Source: a virus (Duplodnaviria > Caudoviricetes). From it: DNA of 37,917 nucleotides. The notes under the pieces are model-generated. The model was given only the letters and a program-made list of their open reading frames with translations. It was not told the origin of the DNA and did no database searches. The DNA is taken from the IMG/VR virus record IMGVR_UViG_3300049982_000039, positions 1 to 37,917 of that record. The stretch is one strand, 5' to 3'. This document shows positions 1-7,264 of the stretch, piece after piece (positions within the stretch are counted from its first letter, which is position 1; each line of letters opens with the position of its first letter). Made by a program: the position numbers and the translations under genes.

Positions 1-130
1 AAACTTTACATTGCAATAAAACAAATGCCTTACTGCTAAATATGGAGATAACATGAGAAAGTTGGCTCTTAGTCTCGTTCTGGGATTTAGTGCAATCTTT
101 GGGTATGCACAAACTCCTGAGCAATTTGCC
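1..130 (+). repeat. Terminal direct repeat, left copy (circular assembly overlap)
   Basis: 1-130 equals 37788-37917 except position 4 (C) versus 37791 (G). Confidence 0.97.
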
Positions 131-547
131 AAAAATGCAGAAGCGTTTGCGGCGCAAGCATCCTCGGCAATGATCGTTGTTCGGCAAACATTTCAGAAGG
201 ATGCCTGGACAAAAGTACAGGCTCGCCTTGCTAGCGCAAAGTGGGATGTTAAAAAAACCGATTCTTTACTTACCCCGACTATTGCCATAGTTGTTATTGA
301 ATTACAGTCAGGCGTATCGGGGCGGTATGCCTCGACGGAAGAGGCTGAAGCTGCATCAGGAATACCTTGGACGTTTCTTGAACGGGTTGAATTAGAATAC
401 GTTCCGACATCCACGGGGTGGGCGATTAATAAAGGCCGTACCTTTCACCACGATCTAAAGCAGTGGCTTCCGGCGAAGGAACACCCCGACCCCACGATGT
501 TTACCCCGATTGGATGGGCAATCAAGGGGTTTGCAATCGCGAAGTAA
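53..547 (+). CDS. Secreted/periplasmic moron protein with Sec signal peptide, function unknown
   Basis: GGAGA RBS; MRK + hydrophobic core + GYA/Q cleavage-like site; lies between lysis cassette and attP. Confidence 0.8.
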   Translation: MRKLALSLVLGFSAIFGYAQTPEQFAKNAEAFAAQASSAMIVVRQTFQKDAWTKVQARLASAKWDVKKTDSLLTPTIAIVVIELQSGVSGRYASTEEAEAASGIPWTFLERVELEYVPTSTGWAINKGRTFHHDLKQWLPAKEHPDPTMFTPIGWAIKGFAIAK

Positions 548-556
548 TGCCATCGG

Positions 557-578
557 TTTTGCGCGACTTTTGCGCGAC
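557..578 (+). repeat. Putative integrase arm-type sites, left arm: 2 x TTTTGCGCGAC
   Basis: Tandem 11-bp repeat; the same TGCGCGAC core recurs across the att core; inverted variant at 613-621. Confidence 0.75.
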
Positions 579-665
579 TCCGTTCTGATCTGTGCTGATT
601 CGTTCTGCAATACTCGCGCAACGGGCGTTGGCAAGTAGCTGATTAATAAAGTAAATTTCCCTGAC

Positions 666-717
666 TACTTGGCTACGAACCAAGGGGTCGTGGGTTCGAT
701 TCCTGCCAGCCGCACCA
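666..717 (+). other. attP core: 3' part of tRNA-Arg(ACG)
   Basis: TACTTGGCTACGAACCAAGGGGTCGTGGGTTCGATTCCTGCCAGCCGCACCA contains an anticodon arm with ACG, a T arm with GTTCGA and a CCA end; 5' half absent; adjacent to integrase. Confidence 0.92.
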
Positions 718-733
718 GTAATACCGGTAGTAA

Positions 734-746
734 AATCAAGGGCTTA
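734..746 (+). promoter_or_regulatory. IHF-binding site in attP
   Basis: AATCAAGGGCTTA matches WATCAANNNNTTR; near match on the minus strand at 632-644. Confidence 0.65.
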
Positions 747-777
747 CCGTCTGATACACGGTAGGCCCTTGTTCTTT
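738..777 (+). terminator. Hairpin terminator after the tRNA fragment, possibly bidirectional with int
   Basis: 13-bp stem AAGGGCTTACCGT/ACGGTAGGCCCTT followed by GTTCTTT. Confidence 0.65.
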
Positions 778-798
778 CTGCGCGACTTTCTGCGCGAC
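775..798 (+). repeat. Putative integrase arm-type sites, right arm: 2 x TTTCTGCGCGAC
   Basis: Tandem 12-bp repeat sharing TGCGCGAC with 557-578. Confidence 0.75.
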
Positions 799-805
799 TT
801 TTCCC

Positions 806-1903
806 TTACGCATTTACAACCCGCAGCAGCGTCGTCGCGTCCCTGGTCTGCTGAACGCGGTTGGCCAGCTCCACCAATCGCGCCACCGTGGGCGTTGCAT
901 AGTGCTTCGGCATGCTGTCGGTCGCGTGTCCGAGCAACACCGCGCGATCTTCTTCAGCAACCCCGGCATCCCGCAGCCGCTGCGCAAAGGTGTGGCGAAA
1001 GTCGTGGATGCGCACCTGAGTCAGCTTGGCCCGCTTCCGCGCATTCTGATAGGCCGTATTGTTCATGGTGTCCATCCGGTACGGCTCCAGTCCGCGCGCG
1101 GCATCGGAATACGTGAAAACATAATCCTGATGCTTGCCGCGGCACGACTCCACCACGCTCATTGCGACATCGTTCAGAATCAGGACGTGCGGCCGTTTCC
1201 CCTTGTATTCCTCCGCAGGGATCACGAACACGCTGCGCCCCAACTCCGGGATGCGCCGCTCCCACTGCCACCGCAGGCCGCACACATTGTCATCGCGCGC
1301 GCCGGTATTGATGGCAAACAGCGCCGGGCGCTCGATGTGTGGCGGCAGTTGCGCAAATAACTGCCGCTGTTCTTCCCATGAAATCGGATAGGGCTGCCGC
1401 CGATTCTCGTCCATCATTTCGATCATCGGCGCCGCTCCGAGCCATGCCTTGCCATCTTCGCCGCGCCACACGCGCGCAGCCCGGTTAAGGATGGTTCTTG
1501 CTACCTCCAGCGTGCGATTGATCGTCGTCGGCGACACCTTGTCGTCTTCCATCCGATCCTCGATAAACGACTCGAACGAACCGGAGTGGACTATCTCCAG
1601 CGGCTTTGTCCCCACGTACGGCAGGAGCAGGGAGACGTGATAGATAATCACGTCCAGCGACCGGACCTTCTTTCGCTCGCATTCTAAGAGGTACTTTTTA
1701 GCCGCATCGCAGAACAGGCGTCGAGGGTTGCCTTCAATTTCGATTTCACCGTCGATCCTGTCTTGCTGTTTCCGGAGCCAGATTTCCGCTTCCTCCTGGC
1801 TGACCCGGCCGAGTCGTTCGAAAATTCGCCTTCCCCGGTACTGCTTGTTGACGACCTTGCTGCCGTCGCTGGCAGCCTGGATTCCTTTTGTCCTTGTTCG
1901 CAT
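806..1903 (-). CDS. int: Tyrosine recombinase (phage integrase)
   Basis: TGAR, HDFRHTF, LLGH and downstream Y catalytic motifs; points toward attP. Confidence 0.95.
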   Translation of the reverse strand: MRTRTKGIQAASDGSKVVNKQYRGRRIFERLGRVSQEEAEIWLRKQQDRIDGEIEIEGNPRRLFCDAAKKYLLECERKKVRSLDVIIYHVSLLLPYVGTKPLEIVHSGSFESFIEDRMEDDKVSPTTINRTLEVARTILNRAARVWRGEDGKAWLGAAPMIEMMDENRRQPYPISWEEQRQLFAQLPPHIERPALFAINTGARDDNVCGLRWQWERRIPELGRSVFVIPAEEYKGKRPHVLILNDVAMSVVESCRGKHQDYVFTYSDAARGLEPYRMDTMNNTAYQNARKRAKLTQVRIHDFRHTFAQRLRDAGVAEEDRAVLLGHATDSMPKHYATPTVARLVELANRVQQTRDATTLLRVVNA

Positions 1904-2115
1904 TCTTGTGCTCCAGATTTGCGACTTGGACGCCCGTTGCAGGTTTTATAATCTTCCACCCATGCATCCAAGTCAAGCCGATCGAACGCGACGCCCTGGA
2001 CGCCGATCGGGATTTCCGTCAGTTTCGGACGCACTTCTCTGTCGAAGCGATTTTTGTCCATGCCGAGATAGCCGGGGGCGTCCCGGTACCGGATAAGGCG
2101 GGGAACGATGATCAT
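1684..2115 (-). CDS. xis: Excisionase-like HTH protein overlapping the int 5' end
   Basis: N-terminal PRLIRYRDAPGYLGM...AFDRLDLDAW resembles Xis/AlpA-type winged helix; directly upstream of int; basic low-complexity tail in the overlap. Confidence 0.65.
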   Translation of the reverse strand: MIIVPRLIRYRDAPGYLGMDKNRFDREVRPKLTEIPIGVQGVAFDRLDLDAWVEDYKTCNGRPSRKSGAQECEQGQKESRLPATAARSSTSSTGEGEFSNDSAGSARRKRKSGSGNSKTGSTVKSKLKATLDACSAMRLKSTS

Positions 2116-2342
2116 TCGGCCGCCTCACTCTTCCGCTTTCGAAGCATCGAATCCACCGCAGTTCGCGGTGCTTGGCCTGGATACCAGCCGGCGCGCGCAT
2201 CGGCCAACTCCTGCGGTGTGGGGGTCACTTTCTCCCATCCGCATACTGTATGAAACCAGTCCATGAACAGTGCGCACTCGGAATGCGGATTCGCTTCAAG
2301 ATAATCGTCGGTATCGTCGCCGCTCATGGCATCACCATGCAC
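2112..2342 (-). CDS. Hypothetical protein (start may be the second Met)
   Basis: Stop overlaps the xis start; part of a coupled leftward operon. Confidence 0.6.
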   Translation of the reverse strand: MHGDAMSGDDTDDYLEANPHSECALFMDWFHTVCGWEKVTPTPQELADARAGWYPGQAPRTAVDSMLRKRKSEAAE

Positions 2343-2668
2343 TTGGGTGGATTGGCGTCATCAGCACGCCAGTGCGCGCCGCAATCGCAGATCATGCTCT
2401 TCCCGTGGCGCCATGCCTTGCAGCCTGGGCGAAGAGTGCGGAACGCGATCAGCTCATTCGCGCCGGGCAGATTCCCCGAATTGCGCACCATTTCATCGAA
2501 CTCGGCTTTCGTGCTGGCCATGCCATAGGTAAGCGCCTGCGCGACGACCAATTTATAGAGTTGCGCATCGGTGTAAAGCGCAGACACCTCAGGCGGCGCC
2601 GGTCGCTGCTGGAGCATGGGCGGGCGTTCCATCATGGACAACATTTCGAGAACAGTTGGCTTGTTCAT
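2324..2668 (-). CDS. Hypothetical protein with Cys-rich C-terminus (possible Zn ribbon)
   Basis: ATGA coupling to upstream gene; C..ICDCG..C residues. Confidence 0.6.
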   Translation of the reverse strand: MNKPTVLEMLSMMERPPMLQQRPAPPEVSALYTDAQLYKLVVAQALTYGMASTKAEFDEMVRNSGNLPGANELIAFRTLRPGCKAWRHGKSMICDCGAHWRADDANPPKCMVMP

Positions 2669-2874
2669 TGATCGGCTCCCTTCGGTGCGCGGCGCAATTC
2701 TTCGACTTGATGCTGCAACAGGTAAATGCGGAAAACCATCTTCGACAGTAGCAGCATGTGCTCGGGCAGCTGCGGTCCGGAGCGGTCTGCATAAGGCTTG
2801 AGCGCATCGATGACGGCGAGCAGATCCGCGTCATCGATGGGCAGGGAATCGTGTTTGAAGTTAATGTCAAACAT
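2665..2874 (-). CDS. Hypothetical protein
   Basis: Coupled to both neighbours. Confidence 0.6.
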   Translation of the reverse strand: MFDINFKHDSLPIDDADLLAVIDALKPYADRSGPQLPEHMLLLSKMVFRIYLLQHQVEELRRAPKGADQ

Positions 2875-2977
2875 CGGTCATCATCCCTGTGCTCAGCCAA
2901 AGAACGAACAGCAGAAACAGGCAGAGGGCAGGGCGCTGCGCCAGCCAGTCGTTCGGATTGAAAAGCAGCCGCATCAT
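2867..2977 (-). CDS. 36-aa single-pass membrane peptide (absent from ORF track)
   Basis: MMRLLFNPNDWLAQRPALCLFLLFVLWLSTGMMTDV; start overlaps upstream stop, stop overlaps downstream start, exactly filling the operon gap. Confidence 0.6.
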   Translation of the reverse strand: MMRLLFNPNDWLAQRPALCLFLLFVLWLSTGMMTDV

Positions 2978-3213
2978 GGTCGCCTCCTGCTCGAAACGAG
3001 ACGAAGAGCAGGCCTTTCCGCCCTTAGAAGTTCATCCTCTGCACAGGACGCCAAGAATCGTACAGTCGTTTCTTGAGTGGACCTGTCGACCTTCCGAAAT
3101 TCAGCCAGAAGCGCCACTTCAAGCAGGTTCCTTGCTACCTTATCGGCATCCTGGCCAAGCCCGCCCAGAATGCAGCGCAGTTCAGATGCGGCGTTTTCAT
3201 CGCGTTGGCTCAT
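2974..3213 (-). CDS. Small helical protein, paralogue of 3210-3482
   Basis: ATG at 3213 overlaps upstream TGA; shares E..L..FRKV....Q and ALRLVS motifs. Confidence 0.7.
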   Translation of the reverse strand: MSQRDENAASELRCILGGLGQDADKVARNLLEVALLAEFRKVDRSTQETTVRFLASCAEDELLRAERPALRLVSSRRRP

Positions 3214-3482
3214 TGCGATCCCCCGTTCGAAACAAGGCGAAGTGCCGATGCTTTTGGTGCCGGGCGCATGAGAAGCTGCGTTTTTGCGACAAGCTCCAAG
3301 GTCTCGGTGATATGGTCTTGGCATTCGTCGCTGACCTTTCTGAACGCTCGAAGCATTCTTATCTCACTCGCGGTTAGGTCGTCGAAGGACTTGGGATCAC
3401 CTGGAACAATTTGCAATGTCGGGGTAGCGACAGATGCTGCTTTACGCGATCCGCGTGTTGGTTTGGAAGCATCCTTATTCAT
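3210..3482 (-). CDS. Small helical protein resembling an Xre-repressor C-terminal domain without HTH
   Basis: LTASEIRMLRAFRKVSDECQ...ALRLVS; RBS GGGAGG upstream of ATG 3482. Confidence 0.7.
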   Translation of the reverse strand: MNKDASKPTRGSRKAASVATPTLQIVPGDPKSFDDLTASEIRMLRAFRKVSDECQDHITETLELVAKTQLLMRPAPKASALRLVSNGGSQ

Positions 3483-3777
3483 CGGCGGCCTCCCGCTGGT
3501 CGTCATTCAGATGCTCTTCGGCGTTGATCATGGAAAGCAGGACGCCCATCTGCTTATCCATCAGCGCTATAAACGCTGTCACGGTTGAGCGCGGGTCCAT
3601 TCCACCGGGTGATGTGGCAATATTGATGAACAGCGGGACTGCTGCCGCCAGCGATTCAATGGCATCAGCCAGTACCAACAATTCGCGGTTGAATCGTAAT
3701 GATCGTTTGGCATCCATCCGGATGACATCCCCGCGTGTCAGTCCGCTGTTTTCTTCAGTGTTGAGCGCCTTAGCCAT
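3475..3777 (-). CDS. Hypothetical helical protein
   Basis: TGATG coupling at 3777; AAGGCGG RBS. Confidence 0.7.
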   Translation of the reverse strand: MAKALNTEENSGLTRGDVIRMDAKRSLRFNRELLVLADAIESLAAAVPLFINIATSPGGMDPRSTVTAFIALMDKQMGVLLSMINAEEHLNDDQREAADE

Positions 3778-4073
3778 CACGCACCGCCTTTCGCTGTGTT
3801 CCCTGCAGAGCCGGCAATTGCACCGACAAGCCCCGCGGTGAGACAAGCCATTTCGGACGCCAACGACGTCAGCGCATGCATGTCGGCATCACTCAGTTCG
3901 ATCGTAAAGCCTGCGGTCTGATCCGAAATTAATCCCGAAATCACGGCCAGCTGCGCCGCCTTCTGCTCCGCATACGCAGGAACCTGGGCGTCGGGAACAG
4001 CGAGGATGGCAGCATAATCAAGCTGCACCGATACGCTTGAGGCGGCCGGCTGCATAGGCGTTGTGGCTTTCAT
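3777..4073 (-). CDS. Hypothetical helical protein
   Basis: ATGA coupling to upstream gene. Confidence 0.7.
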   Translation of the reverse strand: MKATTPMQPAASSVSVQLDYAAILAVPDAQVPAYAEQKAAQLAVISGLISDQTAGFTIELSDADMHALTSLASEMACLTAGLVGAIAGSAGNTAKGGA

Positions 4074-4459
4074 TTCGCACCGCCTTGCTTGGGGCTGAGG
4101 TTATCGGAAAAGAAGCTGGCGGTATCTTCGAGAGAAACGGCAAGACCTCTGGCCACCAGGATTAGCGCCTGCATCAGAGCGCCTTCTTCAGCTGGGGTGA
4201 AAACATCCTCTCTAAAGTCTTTGGAAATGTCGTTCTTGAGAAGCAGCTCAGCGATCGTGTCGATAGTGGATGCCGCTTGATAAGCGTGCTCAAGATCGCG
4301 GCCGGCGCGCTGAATCAGCGCGGATTGACCATCCAGCGCATCGAGATCGAAGTGCGAGCACAGAGGCAGCAGATGGTGGTTCTCCTGATCCGTCTCTTGC
4401 TTTTGATCGACGACGCTTTCTTTTTTCGTGCTTTCGGTGGTACTATTTTTCGCAGCCAT
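4070..4459 (-). CDS. Hypothetical helical protein
   Basis: GGGAG RBS before ATG 4459 (MAAKNS). Confidence 0.75.
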   Translation of the reverse strand: MAAKNSTTESTKKESVVDQKQETDQENHHLLPLCSHFDLDALDGQSALIQRAGRDLEHAYQAASTIDTIAELLLKNDISKDFREDVFTPAEEGALMQALILVARGLAVSLEDTASFFSDNLSPKQGGAK

Positions 4460-4528
4460 GAAATCAACTCCCAAGGTTATGAATGGTGGCCGTCTTGGTG
4501 GTGCAAACACCTTGACGGCCGGTTTGAA

Positions 4529-5065
4529 TCAGTCGGTCGATTGGTTTGGCCCGACGTACATGTCGAGGCAATCTTTGGGTGTTACCTGGTAGTTGCTGAT
4601 TTGGTAGATTTGGAGCGCGTAGTCGAGCGTGATGCGAGTCACACCCTGGCACCATTGGCTAACCAGGCTCGGTGATGCCGATGGCACAACCATCAGCCCG
4701 AAGCTTGCCTGCGACAGTCCGTTTGCTTTCAGGTAGTCGCCCAAGCTCATGTTGTTCCGCATGGCGGCCGCAGGCATAACGATTTTTGCGGACTTGTCGA
4801 CAGGGGTATGCTTGAAGGTCTCTTCGGACATGGTTTGAACCTCGCCGAGAAGCTCCATTGCATGCGCCAAGGCGACAGGCATGCTCTTATCCCGAATGCG
4901 GTGTCCATCGGCGAACCCAGATTCGGAGCGCTCCAAGGCGGTTAAAACGCGAACGCAATCGATAATGGCAGTTGCGGCCACGAGCTTTTCATCTATCAGA
5001 TCCTGCCGATCGACCCGTTGGGTGCCTGTCGCGGTGGCGTCTTTCCTCTCACTTACCTGTTGCAT
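4529..5065 (-). CDS. First gene of leftward operon: helical N-domain fused to a C-terminal Cro/Xre-like HTH
   Basis: AGGAG RBS before ATG 5065; MSLGDYLKANGLSQASFG...SPSLVSQW HTH pattern. Confidence 0.75.
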   Translation of the reverse strand: MQQVSERKDATATGTQRVDRQDLIDEKLVAATAIIDCVRVLTALERSESGFADGHRIRDKSMPVALAHAMELLGEVQTMSEETFKHTPVDKSAKIVMPAAAMRNNMSLGDYLKANGLSQASFGLMVVPSASPSLVSQWCQGVTRITLDYALQIYQISNYQVTPKDCLDMYVGPNQSTD

Positions 5066-5108
5066 TTTTTCTCCTGTTATTCGAATTGAACGTTGCCGCC
5101 ACACCCAA

Positions 5109-5137
5109 ATATTAGGTGTACCTAATATAGAAGTCAA
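5109..5137 (-). promoter_or_regulatory. PL-like sigma70 promoter
   Basis: Minus strand TTGACT (5137-5132), 17-bp spacer, TAATAT (5114-5109); overlapped by an operator. Confidence 0.8.
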
Positions 5138-5159
5138 ACTATATTTTAGGTGCACCTAA
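5112..5159. promoter_or_regulatory. OL operators, two TTAGG-N4-CCTAA palindromes
   Basis: TTAGGTGTACCTAA at 5112-5125 and TTAGGTGCACCTAA at 5146-5159; same motif between cI and cro. Confidence 0.88.
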
Positions 5160-5380
5160 TATAATGGGCAAAGTTAGTACATAGGTACTTCGTATGATCT
5201 ATGTCGCAACTGCCGTGACGCTGTTAAATCACGCTGTAGTTCAATATAGAGTGTGAGGGTAGGGTAAAGGCAACATTCGTTGCCATGAGGGAGGCCTGAG
5301 GGAACCTAGTATAAATAAAGGCGTTACTTAGGTTGAGGTGCCCTAAGGGTAAGGCGTAGTACCCTCAGGGTGGGTTAAGG

Positions 5381-6394
5381 CTAGTTGCGTCTAATACTAT
5401 CCGGACGGACAAGCATATCAATGGCTTCTCCAACTCGTCCGGATATGTCGAACTCGGTGTGCAGCCATTCCACTACATCTCTCTGACGCGGCCATGTGTC
5501 ACGGTCATTAATGTCAAAAGTGATTCCGTAATATCGTTCAACTACTCGTTCAGCGAGTTCGATCATTCTGGTTCTATGTTGCATAATCGGAGCGTTTTCG
5601 ACGTGCTTTTGTTCGCCTATAAACTCCTGTACACCAATATATTGCTGGAATGCAGCTTTTAAAATTTCTACTTCATGTGGTTTTGGATCTTTGCCATGAA
5701 AGAAGACTCCATATGCAGTCATGTGAGATTTTTTTATATAAAACTCGTTTGCCCACCAAGGAAAACGGAATTCGGGGCCGCCGTCATAATGAGCGCCTTT
5801 AACTTTGAGGAAAATGTATTCCTCCTCCGAAAAAAGTACTGGAGTATAAGATTCATCTGTCTCTGATTTTCGATAAAGCGGCATTCCTTCTGTGAAGAAG
5901 TTACATACATAGCGCACGGCCGATCCAAAGTCCTCCTCAAACTTCGAAAAGAACGTTTGGGTGACGAACTCTGGCCGCGGATCAACAAAGCTTGGAAGAT
6001 ATGGGTGCAGGCCTGACTTTATATAGAAGCCTTTAGCAATATATTCCTTTAATGAATGGAATTCCTGAGCATCATCGAAAACGTCTATTTCATTAATGTA
6101 CTTTAGAACAATTTCGGCGATCTCTCGGTAGCGTGCGCATTCCCACCACTCAGACACGCGCTTTCCATCACTAGTAATTGAAAATGGGTTGGGAGAGCCA
6201 GACTCATTGCCGAGAACGGCGCAACAAAGGAACTGCGCAAACTGTATCGGATCTGTCTCGATTAATTTATGGACTTCTTGCAGCTCGTTCGACTGCATTA
6301 GTTCTAGATTTTCAGCTAAAGCTCTTCGGTAACGTTCTTTTTCTTGAGATGCCAAAAACATTTCGAGCTTAGCGTCATATTTGGTTTTCTCCAT
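5381..6394 (-). CDS. AT-rich accessory protein co-transcribed with cI (lambda rex position), C-terminal winged-helix-like segment
   Basis: GAGGA RBS before ATG 6394, 10 bp after the cI stop; visibly AT-richer than the core genes. Confidence 0.8.
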   Translation of the reverse strand: MEKTKYDAKLEMFLASQEKERYRRALAENLELMQSNELQEVHKLIETDPIQFAQFLCCAVLGNESGSPNPFSITSDGKRVSEWWECARYREIAEIVLKYINEIDVFDDAQEFHSLKEYIAKGFYIKSGLHPYLPSFVDPRPEFVTQTFFSKFEEDFGSAVRYVCNFFTEGMPLYRKSETDESYTPVLFSEEEYIFLKVKGAHYDGGPEFRFPWWANEFYIKKSHMTAYGVFFHGKDPKPHEVEILKAAFQQYIGVQEFIGEQKHVENAPIMQHRTRMIELAERVVERYYGITFDINDRDTWPRQRDVVEWLHTEFDISGRVGEAIDMLVRPDSIRRN

Positions 6395-6404
6395 GTTCCT
6401 CTCC

Positions 6405-6725
6405 CTATTTACCCATAACGCCAAAGGCCTTCAGTTGCGTAAGGATTGCGTCACGCTGAGCTGGATCCTTAAGTCTCAATATGGCGGCAGCGATTGCATT
6501 GGCCTCCTTCGTCGCAGTTTCGTCGGCTGCTCCGAACATTAACCATTCAGGCGCAATGCCGAGGGCCGAGCAAACCCGTAGCAGATTCTCGCCGTCCATC
6601 TTTTTGATTTCCCCGCTTTCCCAGTCGGTAACAGTGGGCGCCGAAACTTTCGCCTGTCTCGCCAGTTCCATTTTTGTGATCCCGGCGGCGATCCTGGCTT
6701 CCTGCAGTCTTTTATTCCAGCTCAT
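6405..6725 (-). CDS. cI: CI-like immunity repressor, Xre HTH, no S24 peptidase domain
   Basis: RLQEARIAAGITKMELARQAKVSAPTVTDWESG...PEWLMFG; divergent from cro across operators; only 106 aa. Confidence 0.88.
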   Translation of the reverse strand: MSWNKRLQEARIAAGITKMELARQAKVSAPTVTDWESGEIKKMDGENLLRVCSALGIAPEWLMFGAADETATKEANAIAAAILRLKDPAQRDAILTQLKAFGVMGK

Positions 6726-6819
6726 AAGGCCCCCCTAATGTTTGTTTAGGTAATCCTAACACTGTTATGTTTAGGTGTGCCTAAAAATATTCCTTGCGGG
6801 ATTCATTAGGTGCACCTAA
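6725..6819. promoter_or_regulatory. OR operators, three canonical plus one degenerate TTAGG-N4-CCTAA
   Basis: 6746-6759, 6771-6784, 6806-6819; degenerate TAAGGCCCCCCTAA at 6725-6738. Confidence 0.88.
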
Positions 6820-6822
6820 AAT
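6794..6822 (+). promoter_or_regulatory. PR-like sigma70 promoter
   Basis: TTGCGG, 17-bp spacer containing an operator, TAAAAT. Confidence 0.7.
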
Positions 6823-6828
6823 TAGGGA

Positions 6829-7044
6829 ATGGACAAACAAACCTCTGCCAACACACTGATCGCCCGACTCGGTGGAACGACCAGTGCTGCGAAGTATTTC
6901 GAGATTGAGCCGCCCTCTGTATCTGAATGGCGGGACAACGGCATTCCGAAGGCGCGTATGCAGTTGCTTCGCGTAGCACACCCCGAATGGTTCGACAAAA
7001 ACGGGGTGCCAATTCCTCTCCCAAGCTATGTAGCAGCGCCCTGA
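6829..7044 (+). CDS. cro: Cro-like repressor
   Basis: LIARLGGTTSAAKYFEIEPPSVSEWRDNGIPKAR Cro pattern; divergent from cI. Confidence 0.88.
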   Translation: MDKQTSANTLIARLGGTTSAAKYFEIEPPSVSEWRDNGIPKARMQLLRVAHPEWFDKNGVPIPLPSYVAAP

Positions 7045-7264
7045 AATCGGCGAAAGCAACGACTGCGGCCATCCATCGCCCAAATTTCAAAGTTTGATCT
7101 ATATCAAGTCAATTTCGCAGGAGGAACAGTGATTACACCGCCCACCACCGCAGCTCGATGCGGACACCGCTGAAGCGACTTGTGATGTTTGCCTATAACC
7201 ACGGCCTGATTCGGGGCCAAACCATTTTGCGCCTGTTCCGGCGTTTCGATTTGTGGAGTGCTTG

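Noticed and set aside
1-130. Biological terminal repeats of the virion DNA
   Set aside because: The repeat cuts through a gene and looks like assembly overlap; HNH plus HK97-type terminase implies cos ends near 15109-15256
666-717. Functional tRNA-Arg gene
   Set aside because: 5' acceptor strand and D arm are missing; it is the att core
2246-2259. SOS box CTGTATGAAACCAG
   Set aside because: Spacing is two bases short of CTGT-N8-ACAG and it lies inside a CDS
7128-7172. 14-codon ORF after GGAGG downstream of cro
   Set aside because: Too short to support; no cII-like gene could be identified here
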